Shown: positions 58,754 through 64,000 of the stretch, piece after piece
How positions within the stretch are numbered: the first letter of the stretch is position 1
How the letters are laid out: each line of letters starts with the position of its first letter
Origin: Polyangium jinanense
GTDB taxonomy: Bacteria > Myxococcota_A > Polyangia > Polyangiales > Polyangiaceae
DNA: 64,000 bases
NCBI RefSeq assembly: GCF_028435265.1
Contig: NZ_JAGTJK010000012.1
Location: forward strand, 166,900-230,899
Reading direction: 5' to 3'
Position numbers and translations under genes: made by a program
Notes under the pieces: generated by a model
The model's input: only the letters and a program-made list of their open reading frames with translations
Databases searched by the model: none
Told to the model about the DNA's origin: nothing

Positions 58754-61342
58754 ATGGCGCAGCGGTTCAACCACGAGGCCTTGCTGCGGGCACGCCTCGA
58801 GCTCGAGCTCACCCAGGAGGAGCTCGCTGCCTCGGTCGGCGTGGACGTGCGCACGTACCGCCGGTACGAATCCGGCGAGGTCAACGAGGGCGGCTTTTCC
58901 ATCCGGCAACCCGCCCGGCGAAAGCTCATCGAACGGCTCTCCGCCGAGCTCGGGATCGCCGCCGCGGACCTGGTGATCGACGCCGCGCCCGAGCCTCCCG
59001 CGCCCGCGCCGAAGCTTTTTCCGCCCGAGCACGTGCACACGCTCCAGCGCGCGCCGCATTTCGTGGGGCGCGAGGAGATCCTCGACGAGCTGTGGGCATG
59101 GGCTTCGGCGCCCGAGAAAGGCCAGACGCCGGGCGTGGTCGCGCTCGTGGGCGTGGGCGGCGCGGGGAAGACGGCCATCGCCGAGCGGCTCGTGACGCGG
59201 ATCGGTGATGCGCCGCGGCACGGCGGGCTCTTCGTATGGAGTTTTTACGATGACGAGCGCACGGAGGCATTTCTGGCCCACGCCGTGCGGTATTTCGCGG
59301 GGGCGGAGGCGCAGGCCGGGGAGCGGCTGGAGAAGCTGCTCCTCGCGCTCGGGAGCGGGCCGCCGCATTTGCTCGTGCTCGATGGGCTGGAGACGGTGCA
59401 AGCCTCGGGCGGGGCCTCGCGCGCGCACGGCGAGCTCGAAGATCCGCTGGTGCGGCGCCTGCTCGTCGCGCTCGCTCGAGGGCTCGGGGCGGCGCGGGCG
59501 CTCGTCACATCGCGGTTTTTGCTGGGGGACCTCGCGCCCTGGGCAGACGCGGGCGCGCGCACCGTGCAGCTCGGGCCGCTCCCGCCGACCGACGCCGCGC
59601 GTTTGCTCCGGTCGTGGGGCGCGGACGCGGATGGCGAGGCGCTCGCGCGGGTCGTTCGTGCCTCGGGCGGGCATGCGCTCTCGCTCGCGGTGGCGGGCTC
59701 GTATGCGGGGGCGTTTCTCGGCGGCGATTTGCGCCCGCTCGATCCGCTCGATCTCGCCGAGGCCGCGCGCGACGATCCGCTGGCGCGGCGCCTCGCCCGG
59801 GTCCTCTCGGCGTATGCGGCCGCGTTGCCCGATGCCGAGCGGGATCTCCTCGCGCGCCTCTCCGTGCTGTCGGCCGGCGCCGACGAGGACGCGCTCCTCG
59901 CGCTCGCCTCCGCTTCCCCCCGTGTCGCGGGCGCGCTCGCAGGAGCCTCCGCCGAGAGCCTTCGCCGCGCGCTCGCCCGTCTCGAACGGCTCGGGCTCGT
60001 GTTCCGCGCCGGCGGTGAGCCGCCGCGTTGGTCGTCGCACCCGTTCGTCCGGGACCATTTCCGCGGATTGCTCCCGGTCTCGCCCTCGGCCGTGCAGGCG
60101 GCGATGAGCCCGCCTTCCGAGGGCACCTTGATCTTCGCGCCCCGGCAAAAACCCCGGGACCGCGGCCGCCTCGACGCCATCGAAGACGTTCTCCGGACCC
60201 TCCTTGCTGCGGGCCAGCCGACCGAGGCATACAGGGTGTATTCGCAAACGCTAGGCGGTTTCTCGCACCTCGGACTTGTGCTCGGAGAAATGAGTCGTGG
60301 TGCACGAATTTTACGAATGTTTGGCGAGACAACCAATCCGGGATCACCCGCCGCCTCGCTTGCATGGAGCTATCGTCTCGCGTTGCTCTACGAGCGCGGG
60401 CTGTATGCGGGAGCGCTCGGGGATCTCGCGTTCGCCAGGCGTTCCTACGAGGAGCACAACACGCTGATCGAAGGGGCGTCCGAGCTATCACACCTCGTTA
60501 CAGGTATGCGCACGTTGGCATACACGGAGCGGCTCGCCGGAACGCTTTCGGCGGCGCGGGCGCATGCGTCGCGGTCGCTCGTTATCGCGGAGTCGGCCGG
60601 CCTCGGCGCGCACATGGCCCGAGGAATCGCGCTTTACGCGTCGATCGCGCACGACCTCGGGGACATCGAAGCCGCGCGCGCGGGTTTTTCGCGGCTCGCG
60701 GCGATGGGGGATGCGCGTGTGGCGCGGCGAGGGCTCTGGGAGGCGGAGCACCTCTTCGCGCTCGGGCAGCGGGCGGAGGCCGTGCAGATGACCGAGGCGA
60801 ACGTCGCCGCCTGCGAGCGCCTCGGCTGGGCCGGGCACGCGGCGCAGGGGCACGTGCTGCTCGGGCTCGCCGTGGTGGACGAGGATCCGGCGGAGGCGTC
60901 GCGTCGGCTCGCGGCGGCGCGGGCGTGGGTCGCCGTCTCCGGGGAAGTGGAAATGGCAGCGCGCGTGCACGAGCTGACGGCGCGGCTCGCGCTCGCGCGA
61001 GGGGCGTTGTTCGAGGCGGCGCGGGAGGCGCTCGCGGGGGAGCAACTCGCGGAGGCATGTGGGCTCGGTTTGTTCCGGGCGCGGCTCCTCGCGCTCGGGC
61101 TCGAAATCGCGCTCGCGCGGGGTGACGACGGGATGACGGTGCGGGCCAAGGACGCGCCCGACCGGGTGCTTGTCGAGGACGCCTGGGGGCGCGCGGACGT
61201 TTTGCATTGGGCTGGGCTCTGTCTTTCGAGCGTGGGCGTAGCGGAGATTGGCAAGCGGTATCTCGAAGAGGCGCTCGTTTTGCGGGAGCGGATCGGTCAT
61301 CCCGGGTGCGATGCGACACGCGAGGAGGTGTGTCGACGTTGA
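58754..61342 (+). CDS. XRE-family HTH fused to a STAND/NB-ARC-type NTPase and TPR-like C-terminal domain (signal-transduction regulator)
   Basis: HTH LTQEELAASVGVDVRTYRRYESGE; FVGREEILDELWAW followed by Walker A VVALVGVGGAGKTAIA and Walker B HLLVLDGLE; long Ala/Leu-rich helical repeats; GTG at 58709 is an alternative start. Confidence 0.75.
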   Translation: MAQRFNHEALLRARLELELTQEELAASVGVDVRTYRRYESGEVNEGGFSIRQPARRKLIERLSAELGIAAADLVIDAAPEPPAPAPKLFPPEHVHTLQRAPHFVGREEILDELWAWASAPEKGQTPGVVALVGVGGAGKTAIAERLVTRIGDAPRHGGLFVWSFYDDERTEAFLAHAVRYFAGAEAQAGERLEKLLLALGSGPPHLLVLDGLETVQASGGASRAHGELEDPLVRRLLVALARGLGAARALVTSRFLLGDLAPWADAGARTVQLGPLPPTDAARLLRSWGADADGEALARVVRASGGHALSLAVAGSYAGAFLGGDLRPLDPLDLAEAARDDPLARRLARVLSAYAAALPDAERDLLARLSVLSAGADEDALLALASASPRVAGALAGASAESLRRALARLERLGLVFRAGGEPPRWSSHPFVRDHFRGLLPVSPSAVQAAMSPPSEGTLIFAPRQKPRDRGRLDAIEDVLRTLLAAGQPTEAYRVYSQTLGGFSHLGLVLGEMSRGARILRMFGETTNPGSPAASLAWSYRLALLYERGLYAGALGDLAFARRSYEEHNTLIEGASELSHLVTGMRTLAYTERLAGTLSAARAHASRSLVIAESAGLGAHMARGIALYASIAHDLGDIEAARAGFSRLAAMGDARVARRGLWEAEHLFALGQRAEAVQMTEANVAACERLGWAGHAAQGHVLLGLAVVDEDPAEASRRLAAARAWVAVSGEVEMAARVHELTARLALARGALFEAAREALAGEQLAEACGLGLFRARLLALGLEIALARGDDGMTVRAKDAPDRVLVEDAWGRADVLHWAGLCLSSVGVAEIGKRYLEEALVLRERIGHPGCDATREEVCRR

Positions 61343-61607
61343 TGTCGTTTTGTCTCGTACGGAGGCAAATCGTGGCGTATCGGAGCGTGCCAGGATTCAC
61401 AAGCATCCAGAAAGGCAACTATTCTTGTAAGGCCCCCGGATTGTCGACGAGTGCCCGTAACGAGCGGTGTACCCACGCCGAGCCTTTTGGACACGACGAG
61501 CGCGCCCGGCGCGGCGTCGGCCCTGAACCCACGAAACGCCCAGCGCCGCCACGATCCGAAAAATCACCGGGGCTCACCAAGTCCTTTCTCCATCGATGGA
61601 GGAACCC

Positions 61608-63032
61608 ATGAGACGTCTCGCTTTCGCGGCGCTTTTGACTTCGATCGTCGTGGCACCGGCCCTCGCTTCCGCGAACCCTTCCAGCGCCACACGCCCCTAC
61701 AGCTTGCAATACGCCACGTCGCCGTCCCAGGTCTGCATGGACGCGACCTACCTCTCGCAGGCCTCCGCGCACGTGCAGAGCGCGGTGAACGCCGGAACGA
61801 TCGATGGGGCCGTGCTGCTCGTCGCGCGTCACGGCAAGGTCGTGCTCCACAAGGCGTTCGGCAAACGCGACGGAAACTTCGCCGGCCCTGTCGCGCAAAA
61901 CCCGTCGATGCCCAAGGACGGCATCTTCGATCTGCAGTCGATCACCAAGATCTTCACAGCGTTTGTCGCGATCGATCTGTACGATGACGGCAGCCTCGAT
62001 CTCTCCGATCCCGTAGCGAATTACCTGCCGGAGTTCGCCACGCCCGAGAAATCAGGCGTGCTCGTGGCCGACCTCGTGCGGTTCACCTCGGGCCATTCGA
62101 TCGACGCCGCCGCGTCGCTTTTGGGTGATGCCGATCCCTGGAGCACGATGCTCGCCGAGAGCCTCGCGTACACACCGAGCACGGCGGTGCTCTACAGCGA
62201 CATCGCGTATCGCCTGCTCGGTCGCGTCGCCGAGGCGGCCGGCGGCGCGCCGCTCGACGTGCTCGTGAAGAACCGGATCACGAGCCCACTCGGGATGAAG
62301 GACACGGCGTGGCAGCCGCTCGTGAACATGCCGTCGAAGTCGAGCCGCTTCGTCGGCACGGGCTACTCGACGCTGCGCGAGCCAAACGGCGCGCCCCGGT
62401 ACATGCGCGGCGAGGTGGCCGACGAGCAGGACTACTGGATCGAGGCGGACGGGCACGGCGTGACCGGCTGTGACGGCGCCTTTTCCACGGCGTGGGACCT
62501 CGCGCTCCTCGGGCAGATGTTTCTGAACCGCGGCGCGCGCGTCGTGGGCAATACGAGTTACGGCTACTGCACGCCGTGGATGTGGACCTGCGGCATCGAC
62601 TTGCTCGCGTCGCCGACGCTCGTCGAGGGCACGATGTTGGTCCAGTCGACGGACGCCTACGGCGCGCCGCTCGGCATCTACGGCGTGACGTCGAGCTGGC
62701 TCGACGATCTGCTCTTCGCGAACAAGGGCCACGGCTGGGAGCTCGCGGACACCGTGCCGGGGGCGCACGTCGTGACGGGTCTCTACTCGTCCCCGTACGC
62801 CGCTTCGAAGATCGGCGCCGCGGGCACGTTCCTCACGGTGGACCCGGATCCTTCGCGTGACCTCGTGATCGTTCTCCTGACGAACTACGGCCTTCCGCCG
62901 CTCGCCGGGCCGGACGGCATTCAGGTCGACGCGAGCGGGAACCTCATCTGGCCGGGCTACGAGGGCATGCTGAACGGCATCGCGCCGGACGTCGTGAACG
63001 ACCTCGTGCAGCTCTCGATCACGGGGCCGTGA
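61608..63032 (+). CDS. secreted serine hydrolase of the beta-lactamase/PBP4-like (class C) family
   Basis: GGAGGA RBS 5 nt before ATG at 61608; signal peptide MRRLAFAALLTSIVVAPALASA; SxxK motif FDLQSITKIF; YSD and HGW-type downstream motifs. Confidence 0.8.
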   Translation: MRRLAFAALLTSIVVAPALASANPSSATRPYSLQYATSPSQVCMDATYLSQASAHVQSAVNAGTIDGAVLLVARHGKVVLHKAFGKRDGNFAGPVAQNPSMPKDGIFDLQSITKIFTAFVAIDLYDDGSLDLSDPVANYLPEFATPEKSGVLVADLVRFTSGHSIDAAASLLGDADPWSTMLAESLAYTPSTAVLYSDIAYRLLGRVAEAAGGAPLDVLVKNRITSPLGMKDTAWQPLVNMPSKSSRFVGTGYSTLREPNGAPRYMRGEVADEQDYWIEADGHGVTGCDGAFSTAWDLALLGQMFLNRGARVVGNTSYGYCTPWMWTCGIDLLASPTLVEGTMLVQSTDAYGAPLGIYGVTSSWLDDLLFANKGHGWELADTVPGAHVVTGLYSSPYAASKIGAAGTFLTVDPDPSRDLVIVLLTNYGLPPLAGPDGIQVDASGNLIWPGYEGMLNGIAPDVVNDLVQLSITGP

Positions 63033-63096
63033 CAAACGCCCGAGGGGGCGAGCGCCGCGATTTCGGCGCCTCGCCCCCTCGTTTCGTCTCAGGGTT

Positions 63097-64000
63097 TCAC
63101 TGCGGAACGGGGTAGCAGCACCCGGTGATGCAGGTCTCGCCGGCCGGGCAGGGGTCCTGGCCGGGCTGACCGCACTTCTCCACGCCGGCCGGGCAGAATT
63201 GCTCGACGCAGCCGGGCGGAAGGTTCGGCTTGCCGATGCAGACCTCGCAGACCTCGCACGTGTTGAGGCACGCTGCGACCTGCGTGCAGGGCTTGCACTT
63301 CGACGGGTCGTTCAGCGTGTTCGCGTTGCAGCTTCCCGTGCCGGCCGGGTTCTCCGAGCCGAGCCAGACCTTGTAATTCAGGCCGGGCAGGGCGCAGCAG
63401 CCGAAGCAGTCGCAGCCGTTCGGCGTGAGCGGGCCGCAGTAATCGTGGCAGACCTGCGATTGCGACTGGTTGGCCTGGGAGCACGACCCGCTGTAGCCCG
63501 GGATGCTCGCGTTCGGGTTGTACGCGCACTGGCTGCCCTCCGGCGGGTAGTTCGGCGCGACCTCGAGCGGATCGCACTTGTGGCTCCAGTAGCAATCGTC
63601 GTTGCCCTGGCCAGTATCCTGATCGAAATAACAATCGGACTTGCAGGGCGAGTTGTTCTGGCCGGGGATGCCGCCGTAGAAGCTGTCCTCGGTGTTGTCG
63701 CAGGGGCCGAGGCACTGGTCGTCGGCCGAGTCGGTCTTGCAGTCGCCGTCGTTGTCGATGCAGTCGCCGCAGGCGTACGTCTTGCCCTGGCAGGTCGCGA
63801 CCTGGCAGAAGTTGCCGCAGCCGCCCTGCGCGGGATTGCACGTCTCGCCGCAGCCGCAGAGGTTGTTGTTCGGCACGCCCTTGCAGGCGTCGAGGATCGG
63901 GTCGCAGACGTCGTCCGTGCAGTTGACGCCGTCGTTGCAGACGGGCGGCGCCGAGGCCGGGTTGCAGCCTGTGGCCGAGCAGGTTTCGGCACCATTGCAG
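63097..64000 (-). CDS. Cys-rich secreted protein with thrombospondin-type-3-like Asp-rich Ca-binding motif; 5' end beyond the window
   Basis: minus-strand frame stays open and Cys-rich to the window edge; CIDNDGDCKTDSADDQC motif; more than 40 Cys. Confidence 0.6.
   Translation of the reverse strand, partial: CNGAETCSATGCNPASAPPVCNDGVNCTDDVCDPILDACKGVPNNNLCGCGETCNPAQGGCGNFCQVATCQGKTYACGDCIDNDGDCKTDSADDQCLGPCDNTEDSFYGGIPGQNNSPCKSDCYFDQDTGQGNDDCYWSHKCDPLEVAPNYPPEGSQCAYNPNASIPGYSGSCSQANQSQSQVCHDYCGPLTPNGCDCFGCCALPGLNYKVWLGSENPAGTGSCNANTLNDPSKCKPCTQVAACLNTCEVCEVCIGKPNLPPGCVEQFCPAGVEKCGQPGQDPCPAGETCITGCCYPVPQ

Noticed and set aside
61342-61608. Possible small RNA or tRNA in the 266-bp lower-GC intergenic region
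   Set aside because: No cloverleaf or T-loop (GTTCRANYC) signature; more likely the promoter/5'UTR of the beta-lactamase-family gene (GGAGGA RBS at 61597-61602).

Overview
High-GC (~70%) chromosomal window, almost certainly from a myxobacterium. Supporting this are a MYXO-CTERM sorting tail, SBBP beta-propeller repeats, a eukaryotic-like Ser/Thr kinase, and many Cys-rich or Gly/Ser-linker lipoproteins. Because of the GC content the six-frame track is full of long Arg-rich antisense and alternate-frame ORFs; I re-called genes from protein signatures and re-set most starts (ATGA or GTGA overlaps mark several translationally coupled operons). No rRNA, tRNA, CRISPR array or transposase was seen. 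Main content: (1) an orphan T6SS cargo island with VgrG, an ABC-class ATPase coupled to the vgrG stop, two tandem DUF1795/Eag-like chaperones, a prePAAR-TMD-PAAR protein that ends in a Gly/Ser-repeat tail with no recognizable toxin, and a convergent extended DUF2169-like adaptor; (2) a polymorphic-toxin-like cassette (lipoprotein, secreted protein with a C-terminal PD-(D/E)xK-like tip, cytoplasmic candidate immunity protein, then a 43-bp tandem repeat); (3) a STAND NTPase with a helical repeat C-terminus coupled to a small two-TM protein whose TM-CxnC-TM module recurs fused to two helical proteins in the window; (4) a coupled operon encoding a ferritin-like diiron protein, a caspase/CHAT-like protein and two lipoproteins; (5) a MoxR plus ABC-transporter five-gene coupled operon; (6) an ECF sigma/anti-sigma-vWA pair, signal peptidase I, an STPK operon, an XRE-STAND regulator, Uma2, a 2OG oxygenase, malic enzyme, M28 and M10 peptidases; (7) a roughly 2-kb lower-GC segment (about 5.9 to 7.9 kb) carrying one cytoplasmic hypothetical protein.
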